A stretch of DNA of 64,000 bases from a virus, in the IMG/VR virus record IMGVR_UViG_3300014656_000015; one strand, given 5' to 3'. The translations under genes were made by a program, and so were the position numbers. Below are positions 55,871 to 64,000 of the stretch, piece after piece. Each line of letters opens with the position of its first letter. Position 1 is the first letter of the stretch. The notes under the pieces were generated by a model that ran no database searches, was not told the DNA's origin, and saw nothing but the letters and a program-made list of their open reading frames with translations.

Positions 55871-56173
55871 TTAGGCCAGATCCTTGAGGGGCTGCAGGAC
55901 CCGAGCCTTGACCACGCGGTGCTTCGGGGGGATCACGATGATCTCACCGGTGGCCGGGTTCCGACCCTTCCGGGCCGGTGTCGCCTTGCGCTGTACCATC
56001 TCGAGCTTGATCCCCAGGTTGGGAATCGTCACGGTCTGGCCCGCACGGAGCTCGTTGGCTACCACGTCTCGGACCGCCATGAGGACGACGTCGGTGAGCC
56101 TGACTGCGTTCGCCCCACCGATGTGCTCCCCCAGGATGCCACCCACCTCGTTCAGGAACTCCTTCTTTGTCAT
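55871..56173 (-). CDS. HU/IHF-family DNA-binding protein
   Basis: MTKKEF...L..G..V.I...G...ARKGRNPATGE.I.IP.K. Confidence 0.9.
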   Translation of the reverse strand: MTKKEFLNEVGGILGEHIGGANAVRLTDVVLMAVRDVVANELRAGQTVTIPNLGIKLEMVQRKATPARKGRNPATGEIIVIPPKHRVVKARVLQPLKDLA

Positions 56174-56212
56174 CTGCTTCTTCCCTTTCTCGATCCCCCG
56201 TAGGGGATCCGT

Positions 56213-56485
56213 TCAGTCCATACGCTCCGACTCCCGCCGCATCATCTCCCTGATGATACGGATGGCACAGTCCACCGCGCCATCGCTTCGGCTGGGCTCG
56301 CCCGGGACCTCCTCCATGATGAAGTTAGCCAGCTGATCGATCTGAGACGATGTGCGGATGTAGCTCTCGGTCAGCCCCGCAACCAGCTCACTGAGCTGCA
56401 CGAGCGCCTCCTTCATCTCGGTCCGGATCTCGTCCGCGGTGCCTGGGGGCACCACCACGATCCGTTTCTCCTCATTGCTCATCAA
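56213..56485 (-). CDS. hypothetical protein
   Basis: IDQLANFIM.EVPGEPS.S.GAVD.AIRII. Confidence 0.6.
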   Translation of the reverse strand: MMSNEEKRIVVVPPGTADEIRTEMKEALVQLSELVAGLTESYIRTSSQIDQLANFIMEEVPGEPSRSDGAVDCAIRIIREMMRRESERMD

Positions 56486-56762
56486 GTACTCTCTCCTTTT
56501 CCCGCCTCGCCCTGCCTCTCAAGCCACTGCGCCATGAGCACTGCCGCCATGACCACCATCCAACTTCATCATCCCGCCTCCTTCGGGAACCAACGCCAGC
56601 AAGCCACCCAGACCCCATCTGCCACAACGCGGACCTCGGCCTCCTCATCGACGTGCCAGTCGTCGCCGAGGTCCTCAACGATGTCCCGGGCCCGGTCCCG
56701 GTACTCCTCCAGCTCATCCAACGTCTCATCCTCCACGTCAACCTCCTATCCTGGATTGTCCA

Positions 56763-57464
56763 CTAGATGATGATCCCGTGGCCCCCGCACTCCTTACAGT
56801 CGGGGTCCACAGCACGGAAGCGTCTCGGGCCACCCGAGGCCGTAGCGCAGTGCTCACAGCCATGCGTCTCGTCCCAGATCCGCTGCGCCTCGTCCTCCAC
56901 CCCCCGCACAGCCTCCCACCAGTCCTCTTCGGAGAAGGGGTAACGGAGCTCGACCGGTCCCACCTCTACATCGACCCCCTCCACGATGGATCCGATGGCG
57001 ACCCCGCCCCGATCCATACGCTTGGACGGAAGCGTCACCTCGAACCTGAGCTTACGAATGAGAGCTGGGTTCGAGGACCTCAATCTAGCCCCGGAGGTTT
57101 CCAGCATCTTCCACACTCCCAGCTCCTCATCCTTCTTGAGATTCATGTAAGAGGACCAGCCCGACTCCACCGAGGCGAGTTGGAGATACTCCGCAACCTC
57201 AACGGGAAGCGTCTCGGGGTACCCCGCTAGGCAGGGACGGATATAGGCCTTGTGCGGTGGCGCGATACCGATGACCCGAAGACCGACCACTGTCAAGGCG
57301 ATCTCGGCCCTCCACCACTGATAGAGCCGCGCCCTGGGTCCCGGGGGTCGAGCCAGGACCCAGGCTCCACACGCCGTGTCTTTGTAAACACGGTGTGCTA
57401 TTGCCTCAATAGTGTCATGAGCCGCGCCTACATGATTAACCAGCTCCTCCAAGTTCCGAATCAT
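56763..57464 (-). CDS. hypothetical protein
   Basis: YKDTACG, IGSIVEG.D.E, C-terminal CxxC pairs. Confidence 0.65.
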   Translation of the reverse strand: MIRNLEELVNHVGAAHDTIEAIAHRVYKDTACGAWVLARPPGPRARLYQWWRAEIALTVVGLRVIGIAPPHKAYIRPCLAGYPETLPVEVAEYLQLASVESGWSSYMNLKKDEELGVWKMLETSGARLRSSNPALIRKLRFEVTLPSKRMDRGGVAIGSIVEGVDVEVGPVELRYPFSEEDWWEAVRGVEDEAQRIWDETHGCEHCATASGGPRRFRAVDPDCKECGGHGIII

Positions 57465-58339
57465 CTCTCACCTCCAGCCTTGCCTGGGCTCACCAGACCA
57501 AGGAGCCCTCGGATCCTCCTTTCGATCAGCCTCGCAACCAACTCCAGCGCCCAGTCATCGCACTGAGGCTCCATGCCGATCTCGCAGGACCGCTCCAGTA
57601 GTACCGGAGCCGGGGAGTCCCCGAGCTCGGCCTGGAACGTTTCGTAGGGTGATCGCTCGAGGAGCCGCTGAGCCTCGTCGCTGGCCTCACTCCGAATCAG
57701 CTCTAGAGGGCTCCGTACCCCGCTCCAATCCGGTGAGAACTGGGCCAGCACCTCACAGATCCCGGTCCAGTACAGGTGCGACAGTACGAGACGCAACGTC
57801 TTTCGACCCGGCACTGGGTCCTCCTCCTCAATCTCATCACTGCCGGTATCAGCGACCTGGGCGGGTGCCCCGGCCACCGGCACTGGTATCGACATGTCCT
57901 CCAAAGCGGCTAGCGCCTTGTTGTCCAGGGACATGGGTCGGGCCGTTACCGGCCTCGTATCGAGCCAGCGCCGGCTCCGGATCGCCTGCTCATAGCTATA
58001 GTCACCGAGGACCGTGATACAGACCAGGCCGGACCTGGACCGTCCCGTCTCGTCTCGGCGCACGACGCCGTAGATCGGGCCGGTGGCCTCCGGGATCTCC
58101 GCATCGATCCGAATCACCCAGTCCTCGACGATACCGTAGGCCCGATCCTGCTCCCACCAGACCTCCTTATCGTTAGCCTCGATTCTCCTGGTGAGGATCT
58201 CGTCCAGGCCTATCCGTATATTGCTATCCTGAAAGTGTTCCAGGCCCCGAGTCAGGTCCCGAAGCCCCTCGATCGCGCTATCCGTGATGTAGTTCCTCGG
58301 CTCCTTCCCTTCGGAAGGTGCCATCCAGGCCTGTCCCAT
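57461..58339 (-). CDS. hypothetical protein
   Basis: GGAGGT RBS. Confidence 0.65.
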   Translation of the reverse strand: MGQAWMAPSEGKEPRNYITDSAIEGLRDLTRGLEHFQDSNIRIGLDEILTRRIEANDKEVWWEQDRAYGIVEDWVIRIDAEIPEATGPIYGVVRRDETGRSRSGLVCITVLGDYSYEQAIRSRRWLDTRPVTARPMSLDNKALAALEDMSIPVPVAGAPAQVADTGSDEIEEEDPVPGRKTLRLVLSHLYWTGICEVLAQFSPDWSGVRSPLELIRSEASDEAQRLLERSPYETFQAELGDSPAPVLLERSCEIGMEPQCDDWALELVARLIERRIRGLLGLVSPGKAGGER

Positions 58340-58342
58340 TGC

Positions 58343-58645
58343 TCACCTCCCGTAGGGTACGCAGAGGAGAAGGCAGACCCGGTCATTGACCCGAGTCAGC
58401 ACCGGGGGTCCGGATACATAGTCGCAGAGCCGACTCACGAGGTCCTCATCGAGGTTGTCCACAGCACGGAGCATACCCAACTCCTCCCTGACCTCGATCG
58501 CCTCGATGTGCACGGGGCAGCCCCCGACACGAAAAGGCTCGCCGCTCTCGATGTTGAAGTGAAAGGAACCCCGCTCAGTTTCCTGCCAACGTCCCCGGAT
58601 CCGAACCTCCAGACCCTCTATGCTGACGATCAAACTCTGTTCCAT
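58343..58645 (-). CDS. hypothetical protein
   Basis: TGATG coupling; resembles 60062..60364. Confidence 0.55.
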   Translation of the reverse strand: MEQSLIVSIEGLEVRIRGRWQETERGSFHFNIESGEPFRVGGCPVHIEAIEVREELGMLRAVDNLDEDLVSRLCDYVSGPPVLTRVNDRVCLLLCVPYGR

Positions 58646-59655
58646 CAAACCCTCCTTGCTGTGGAAACACGCGGTATCGAAGCGCCCTTCCAGATCAGCC
58701 TCTGCAGCGATCTCTTCTCGACCCAGGCGTTGTACGCCATGATCGCCTTGACAGCACACTCCCTACGACGCATCAGGTTCTGCCGCATCGAGCCCGCGGC
58801 CCTGCTGGGATGACTGAGACGTGTGGCGATACAGAAGTCGAACAATACCCGAGCCTGTGGTGTGAGGTAGTTATCGATGACCTGCTGGTTCGAGAACGCG
58901 GCGGTAAAGAACTTCTCCGCCAACGCCGCGTCCCCATCCCGAGCGCAGCGCACGGCCCCCGCCAGGAAGGCAGAGCCCGGACCCTTCCCACCCACCTTGG
59001 TGAGGGTCTTGAGAAAGAGCCGATGCACGAACTCCCGGAAGGGGCTATCCCTGATGAGACGATATCGCTGCGTCGTGCTCAGACTCGAGTTCTGGAAGTT
59101 GCCATGCTCGAAGGTCAACGCCCCGATAGCGGACGGATGGAGATAGTCATCGTTCTGCATCTGGATGATATCCGTGACGGTCCGCAGCTTGCGGTGCGTG
59201 TCGATGTGCATCAGGGCATCCCAGTTGAAGAGCACGATGAGCCAGGTCGCGGGCAGCGGGACGCCGCTCTCGACCACGGCCCGGCACCGGTGCTGACCAT
59301 CCACCAGGAAACCGTCCGGATCCAGTCGCAATGGGGAGCCGATCTCGTGAAACTTGCCATCCTTCAGATCCTCGGCGATGGTACGAATCAGCTTGATCGA
59401 AGCCCGTCGTTGACCGTGCTCGGGCTGGCACTCCTTCAACAAGTACGACGCCAGAGGGGCCGTGAGCGCCGGCATCAGGAGAGGCACTGTCTCCATCCCG
59501 GACATCGGCTCCAACGAGCCCTCCTTCAGCATCGAGAGATAGAGCGCCAGATCCCTGACCTCATGAACAACCCTACAGGCAATCTTGAGACACCCACCCA
59601 GATCATTCTTTCCGTTTTCCCCTGCTATCATTTCTCCCTTTCCTTTCCTGATCAT
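58645..59655 (-). CDS. ParB-like N-terminal domain protein
   Basis: A...L....QRR...A.D...G.F...G..L.LD..G.LVDGQHRC.AVV.SG...ID....RT. Confidence 0.75.
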   Translation of the reverse strand: MIRKGKGEMIAGENGKNDLGGCLKIACRVVHEVRDLALYLSMLKEGSLEPMSGMETVPLLMPALTAPLASYLLKECQPEHGQRRASIKLIRTIAEDLKDGKFHEIGSPLRLDPDGFLVDGQHRCRAVVESGVPLPATWLIVLFNWDALMHIDTHRKLRTVTDIIQMQNDDYLHPSAIGALTFEHGNFQNSSLSTTQRYRLIRDSPFREFVHRLFLKTLTKVGGKGPGSAFLAGAVRCARDGDAALAEKFFTAAFSNQQVIDNYLTPQARVLFDFCIATRLSHPSRAAGSMRQNLMRRRECAVKAIMAYNAWVEKRSLQRLIWKGASIPRVSTARRV

Positions 59656-59680
59656 TATTCACCCCGACTCCAGACCTTCT

Positions 59681-60058
59681 TCACTCGGTATCCTTTCTCT
59701 TCAACCGATCCCGTTTCACCAACCAACGAACGCCGCGGCCAAAGAGGTCGGCCATCCTTTCCTTCAAGTCGTGGGGGAAGGAGAGCACCGCCGCGGTCTC
59801 CGCCGAGAGGTAGGAGGAGTCCCCACCCAGGTCGGCTCGAGAACCGTAGCAACGAACGTCTCCGTCCAGCACGGGTCCACGCGCCGTTGTCCGAGTATAG
59901 AGACTGCCCAGGGTCATGATGAGCTCGGGCTCCCCCACGGTATCGGGCGGGACAATGGCACGAAACTGAAACCGTTCGATCCCCCCAACCCCGACCTGAC
60001 GAACGACCTCCAACTGAATCTCGTACTGGTCCACTACATTCCATCCCAACATCGACAT
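59681..60058 (-). CDS. hypothetical protein
   Basis: Operon position. Confidence 0.5.
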   Translation of the reverse strand: MSMLGWNVVDQYEIQLEVVRQVGVGGIERFQFRAIVPPDTVGEPELIMTLGSLYTRTTARGPVLDGDVRCYGSRADLGGDSSYLSAETAAVLSFPHDLKERMADLFGRGVRWLVKRDRLKRKDTE

Positions 60059-60061
60059 GTA

Positions 60062-60364
60062 TCACCCATCCTTACGCTTCGGCACCGCGAAGATCAGGTA
60101 AGTCTCCTCACCCACCTGCGTCAGATCGGGCTGGGCCGTCCCGCACAGCACCAGGAGTGCGTCGAATGTGGGATTCAACGCACGGTTCACCGGCCGTGGC
60201 GCCCAACTGCCCCGAGTCACCTCGATGGCACGAATCTCGAGCTCGGTACCCAGTACATGAGGACCAGCCGTACCATCCGACGTGACCAGACGGTACTCAC
60301 CCGGACCTACTCGCTCCCATCGCCCACTGAAGCTCAGCTGCACCAGGTGCGTCCTACCCTCCAT
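60062..60364 (-). CDS. hypothetical protein
   Basis: GGAGGGTG RBS. Confidence 0.6.
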   Translation of the reverse strand: MEGRTHLVQLSFSGRWERVGPGEYRLVTSDGTAGPHVLGTELEIRAIEVTRGSWAPRPVNRALNPTFDALLVLCGTAQPDLTQVGEETYLIFAVPKRKDG

Positions 60365-60365
60365 C

Positions 60366-60596
60366 TCACCCTCCTCTGTTCCGGGACAACGCCTCCCGGA
60401 TAGCCTCCGCGATCAATCGACGCAGCTCGCGCATAGACGCACCGCGCGGCGCCAGCAGCCCTCCGGGGAGGGTACGGAGCCACGCCTTGACCACCTTGTC
60501 CGCCAGACCATCGGGATCCGGCAAGTAGTCCGAGGCCCGCAACCCCTTCTTCGGATCCAGCTCCTTGCTACTGACTGTCCCCACTATCATGGGCAC
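60366..60596 (-). CDS. hypothetical protein
   Basis: AAGGAG RBS after the GGTATAAG box. Confidence 0.6.
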   Translation of the reverse strand: MPMIVGTVSSKELDPKKGLRASDYLPDPDGLADKVVKAWLRTLPGGLLAPRGASMRELRRLIAEAIREALSRNRGG

Positions 60597-60618
60597 CTCC
60601 TTCGTTACCAGTACACCG

Positions 60619-60673
60619 CTTATACCTGACTAAGGGAGAAATCCCCGGTACAGGCTGGTAGGGTACCGGGGAT
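60619..60673 (-). promoter_or_regulatory. terminator hairpin + TCCCTTAG + GGTATAAG promoter box
   Basis: 11-bp stem ATCCCCGGTAC/GTACCGGGGAT, then TTCTCCCTTAG-TCA-GGTATAAG. Confidence 0.65.
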
Positions 60674-60680
60674 CGAAGGA

Positions 60681-60941
60681 CTAGCCTCGGATGGGCTCGA
60701 GCGGCTGGAAGCGGTCCGGGGACCGCCAGGCCTCTAGCTGCAGCGCGGCCGTGACCCGCTCCACGAACCCGTGCAGGTCCGGGTCCTTCGGGCTCATGTA
60801 GAGCCCGGGACCCGACACGGACACCTGCACCTCGCACCGCTTCCCCAGGAGCCGCCTCCTCAACTCCTGCTCGAAAAGCGACACCGTGTTCGGGGGCAGA
60901 ACGCCAGGGTTCACGACCACGCGTACACCACGATCCTCCAT
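60681..60941 (-). CDS. hypothetical protein
   Basis: RBS; GATATAAG box at 60991-98. Confidence 0.6.
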   Translation of the reverse strand: MEDRGVRVVVNPGVLPPNTVSLFEQELRRRLLGKRCEVQVSVSGPGLYMSPKDPDLHGFVERVTAALQLEAWRSPDRFQPLEPIRG

Positions 60942-61001
60942 CCCACTCTCCTTTCCATACCGGTAGTGGTTCGATACCGGTCTCGGAGAGCTTATATCGG
61001 A

Positions 61002-61469
61002 TCAAGTGGGGAACTTGCTCCGGAACCTCGCGCAGCCATCCTCCTTCCCCGCCGGCTTCTCGTACCGTGGGGAGTCGACCAGGCCACACTTCCAGGGTCC
61101 ATCGCGGTCGTCGAGGTGTGCACAGTGGAAGCAGGAAGGTTTCACATGAAACGCGAAGACCTCGTGTGTGCTCCCATCCAGATCCATGACCTGGATCGGG
61201 TTGAGGCGGAATAGGCCGCCACCGGCATAGTTGCAGGGACGGTGGGTACCCGACACATCGGACCTCTCCACCACTGTACCGAGCCACCGACCCACACAGC
61301 TGAAGGCCACCGCGTTATCCGGGGCGCCGGCGTCGGGCCAGTCCTGCGCCCGAGCCACGTGACCGCAGACCGGACAGACGAACTCCCACTGTCGCCGGTC
61401 CTCCCCGAAGAGCCGGATGCCCAGCTCCTCCCACTCCTCACGTTCCATCGTGATCATGGTGCACGACAC
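61002..61469 (-). CDS. VVA0879-like phage zinc protein
   Basis: LFG.D...W.FVCP.CGH....D...FSCVGR...CNY..GGLF.L. Confidence 0.7.
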   Translation of the reverse strand: MSCTMITMEREEWEELGIRLFGEDRRQWEFVCPVCGHVARAQDWPDAGAPDNAVAFSCVGRWLGTVVERSDVSGTHRPCNYAGGGLFRLNPIQVMDLDGSTHEVFAFHVKPSCFHCAHLDDRDGPWKCGLVDSPRYEKPAGKEDGCARFRSKFPT

Positions 61470-61740
61470 TCTCGATGCTGAAACGGCCGAGGCCGAGCTC
61501 CCGACAGATCGTGGAAAGTGCGTGGGTCAACGCCTTCCTTCGGGATCGGAGAATCAGGTCTTCGGCCCGCAACATATCCTCCACCCCCTCCACCAGAATC
61601 ACACGTTCCACGATCATCCTGAAGTGCGTCGTGCAGAGCCGGGCCTGCCGCAACACCATCTTGTCCAGTCCGGGTACCACCGCGTAGACGTCGGCAACGC
61701 CACTCGCCGGCTTGCCACAACCCTTCACCTCACAAGTCAT
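61438..61740 (-). CDS. hypothetical protein
   Basis: CEVKGC...LCTTH. Confidence 0.55.
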   Translation of the reverse strand: MTCEVKGCGKPASGVADVYAVVPGLDKMVLRQARLCTTHFRMIVERVILVEGVEDMLRAEDLILRSRRKALTHALSTICRELGLGRFSIESVVHHDHDGT

Positions 61741-61926
61741 CTCTCGCCTCCTTTCAAATCTCGCCAGCCAGGATCGCCTGCTTGATCTCCTCGATCAGGG
61801 CCCAGCGGGGGATGTTACCGGACTGGAGCCCAAGACAGGCGCAGTAATCGTGAAGCTCCTCACCGTTTCGATCCACGACTACCGTTGCCCTTCTTCTCGC
61901 CTCCTCGCTATCGACCTCGGATCGGC

Positions 61927-62676
61927 TCATTTCTCAACCCCTTTCCGGGCACGCTCCACGGCCTCCTCGGCGCAACTCTCGCACCTTACGTAGGATCCCT
62001 CTCCCAGAGCTTGACCCCTGTACGGTGACTCCAGCCGATCATGGCCGCAACTAAGCACGAGTCGCCATCGCCCGTCACCGACCCGACTCACCCCCACAAC
62101 CTGAGACATCGATGCCTCCCGTTCCCCTGACATGTGTAACTTACGGAGCCGGCGCAGGGCCCGGTTCTCGACCTGCCGGACACGCTCCACCGAGAGGTCA
62201 AGGGCTGCCCCAACCTCCCGGAGCGTCTCACCTTTCAGATAGCGCCGTTCCAGAATGTCTCGCTCCCGAGCAGTGAGAACGTCCCCGTTCCAGACCTCCT
62301 GGAGCCACCCCAGCTTCTCCGAATCGAGCAGCACGTCTTCAGGAGAGGGCAGGGCAGAGATCCACTCCGGAGCTAGCACTGCAAGCTCCTCCTTGTCGAA
62401 CTCCGCCACGACCCGAGTCGTTTTCACCTCGGAGATCTGGCTCGGGAAGAGCTCTGCCGGATCCACATCGTAGAACTCGGCCACCCGTAGCACGGGTGCT
62501 CGCCACGACTCCCCATTGGCCCGGAGCGGGTCGTACCGCAGATTCTCCATACGGCAGAGATCGGTGACACAGACCCGACTCCGCCGCGCCACCTCCTTGA
62601 GGGTAAGACCAAGGGCCAGCCTCCTGGTCACGAGCCGGTTATTCTTGAGTCGGATCTCGGCCCGAAACGTCTTCAT
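61927..62676 (-). CDS. XRE-type HTH fused to sigma-70 region 4
   Basis: N-terminal RR...GLTLKEVARR...MEN; C-terminal LTARERDIL.RRY..GETLREVG..L.LSVERVRQVE.RALRRLR. Confidence 0.8.
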   Translation of the reverse strand: MKTFRAEIRLKNNRLVTRRLALGLTLKEVARRSRVCVTDLCRMENLRYDPLRANGESWRAPVLRVAEFYDVDPAELFPSQISEVKTTRVVAEFDKEELAVLAPEWISALPSPEDVLLDSEKLGWLQEVWNGDVLTARERDILERRYLKGETLREVGAALDLSVERVRQVENRALRRLRKLHMSGEREASMSQVVGVSRVGDGRWRLVLSCGHDRLESPYRGQALGEGSYVRCESCAEEAVERARKGVEK

Positions 62677-62868
62677 CTCCTACCTCATCCATTATCTCTC
62701 GCCACCTCTCCACCGAGCACGGCTCGGACCAGATCGACAAGCACGTTATACAGACCCAGCGGAGCACTCCGGGCGGAGACGGGACGATGCGCATCAGCCC
62801 GGCGCAGTTCGGCTCAGTACATCGCTTCAGTTTCATTGGCTTCACGACTCCTCCTCTCCAAAGCACGC

Positions 62869-63174
62869 TCATTCGTCGTTTTCACGCCACCACTTCAACG
62901 CCGCTTTAGCACGCTTCAGCGCTTGGGTATGCAGTCTCCCCAGGTCGACGTTGCTGGCCTCGACTCGGATACTCTCTAACTGTATTCTGTATCCGTCCAA
63001 AATCGAGAACCAGACCAGAACATGAGGCCACGATGGAGTAACCACACCCCTTTCATCTCGATCCCACTGCAACTTGATATCCCCAAAGACTCTGAAGAGG
63101 ACCACCTCGCTGGCTATACCCTTCTGCCTCGGACTAACGCCTATGCCGTTCAGGGGCCCAACACGCAATCTCAT
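62869..63174 (-). CDS. hypothetical protein
   Basis: Operon position. Confidence 0.5.
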   Translation of the reverse strand: MRLRVGPLNGIGVSPRQKGIASEVVLFRVFGDIKLQWDRDERGVVTPSWPHVLVWFSILDGYRIQLESIRVEASNVDLGRLHTQALKRAKAALKWWRENDE

Positions 63175-63191
63175 CTATCACCTTCTCTCAA

Positions 63192-63755
63192 TCAGTTTCC
63201 TCTCAGCCGCTCGTAGGCGGCGACGGCCTCGCGCATGGCGTCGAGTACATCCTGCCTCATGTACACGTCCGTGTTTTCGATGTTGCCGGGTCCCTCTGTC
63301 ATCCACCACCATCCGGCTCTGTTGGAAAAAACTCGGACACACCACTCCGACGCGCAGCCCTGCCACGTCCAGTAGCGTTCCCCTTGCGTTACCACCCATT
63401 TCCACCCCTCGACCTCACCACCTGTCTCGGCGGCGAGCCTGAGCCGCAGATCGGCGATCTCGGCGCGCAGCCGCGCCGCCTCCTCCTGCACATCCCAGCC
63501 GTCGCACCACGCCGAAGACAAACTCGCGTCGGTGTATGGACACGACTCGCGATCCATGCCCTCACACCACGCCGAGATCCCACCTAGCCTGGCCTCGTCG
63601 AGATTACGCAGTCTCCCCACCTCAGCTCTCAACCGATCGACCTCAGCGATCAAGGAGGAAGTGAACCTCTCGCTGGCTTCTTGCGGATCGACGACCCCGT
63701 CACCAGGCTCCAATGGTGGCTGGTACGGAATATTCCATCTAATGTTGTCACTCAT
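63192..63755 (-). CDS. hypothetical protein with RMF-like CPY...W..GW motif
   Basis: G..AW.EG....SCPY.......AW.DGW. Confidence 0.55.
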   Translation of the reverse strand: MSDNIRWNIPYQPPLEPGDGVVDPQEASERFTSSLIAEVDRLRAEVGRLRNLDEARLGGISAWCEGMDRESCPYTDASLSSAWCDGWDVQEEAARLRAEIADLRLRLAAETGGEVEGWKWVVTQGERYWTWQGCASEWCVRVFSNRAGWWWMTEGPGNIENTDVYMRQDVLDAMREAVAAYERLRGN

Positions 63756-63994
63756 TTCCCAATCCTCCTGGTTAGCTCCACCGCTCCAGCTGCCGTGATG
63801 ATCCATCCGGACCACCCATCACCGCCACCGCCCACGTAGTCCACGAGCCCCCGCCCTTGCAAACGCCGCAAGATCTTTCCTGCCGGCCGCGCATAGTGCT
63901 GCGGTTTGGCAAACTCACCCCTCTCCCAGGGCTTCGGCCAGATCGCGCACCCAATGGCACCCGGCGGCATCGGCATAGCCCGCTGCCGCAGCAC
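63752..63994 (-). CDS. hypothetical winged-helix-like protein (start may lie outside the window)
   Basis: AG..L.RL..RGLV...W.IT..G. Confidence 0.5.
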   Translation of the reverse strand: MLRQRAMPMPPGAIGCAIWPKPWERGEFAKPQHYARPAGKILRRLQGRGLVDYVGGGGDGWSGWIITAAGAVELTRRIGK

Positions 63995-64000
63995 GGCGAG

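Overview
A GC-rich, gene-dense segment of a large tailed bacteriophage, probably a jumbo contractile-tailed phage. No capsid, portal or terminase gene is visible, and there are no host housekeeping operons. About 1-27 kb is a mostly minus-strand structural operon (tail fibre, baseplate and hub proteins). Embedded in it are a sigma-70-like factor and a SNF2 helicase / LigD-phosphoesterase / ATP-dependent ligase frame split by one in-frame TAG. About 27-64 kb is a long run of small minus-strand accessory genes: beta-clamp-like, DnaQ exonuclease, vWA, degenerate HD hydrolase, NADAR, HU, ParB-like, HNH and lytic transglycosylase, plus a complete tmRNA. The standout is a plus-strand cassette at 42.1-43.7 kb. 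It contains a stand-alone Cas7/RAMP-like gene followed at once by a ~520-bp non-coding array of about 12 variable units. The units are delimited by YGAC and built from pentamers with a fixed C every 5 nt. The cassette has its own promoter and terminator. It is not a canonical CRISPR array and is a candidate viral RNA-guided system. A genome-specific 'hairpin + CTTAG' terminator and a 'TATAAG' promoter motif recur through the window. All product calls come from motif recognition by eye; no database search was run.
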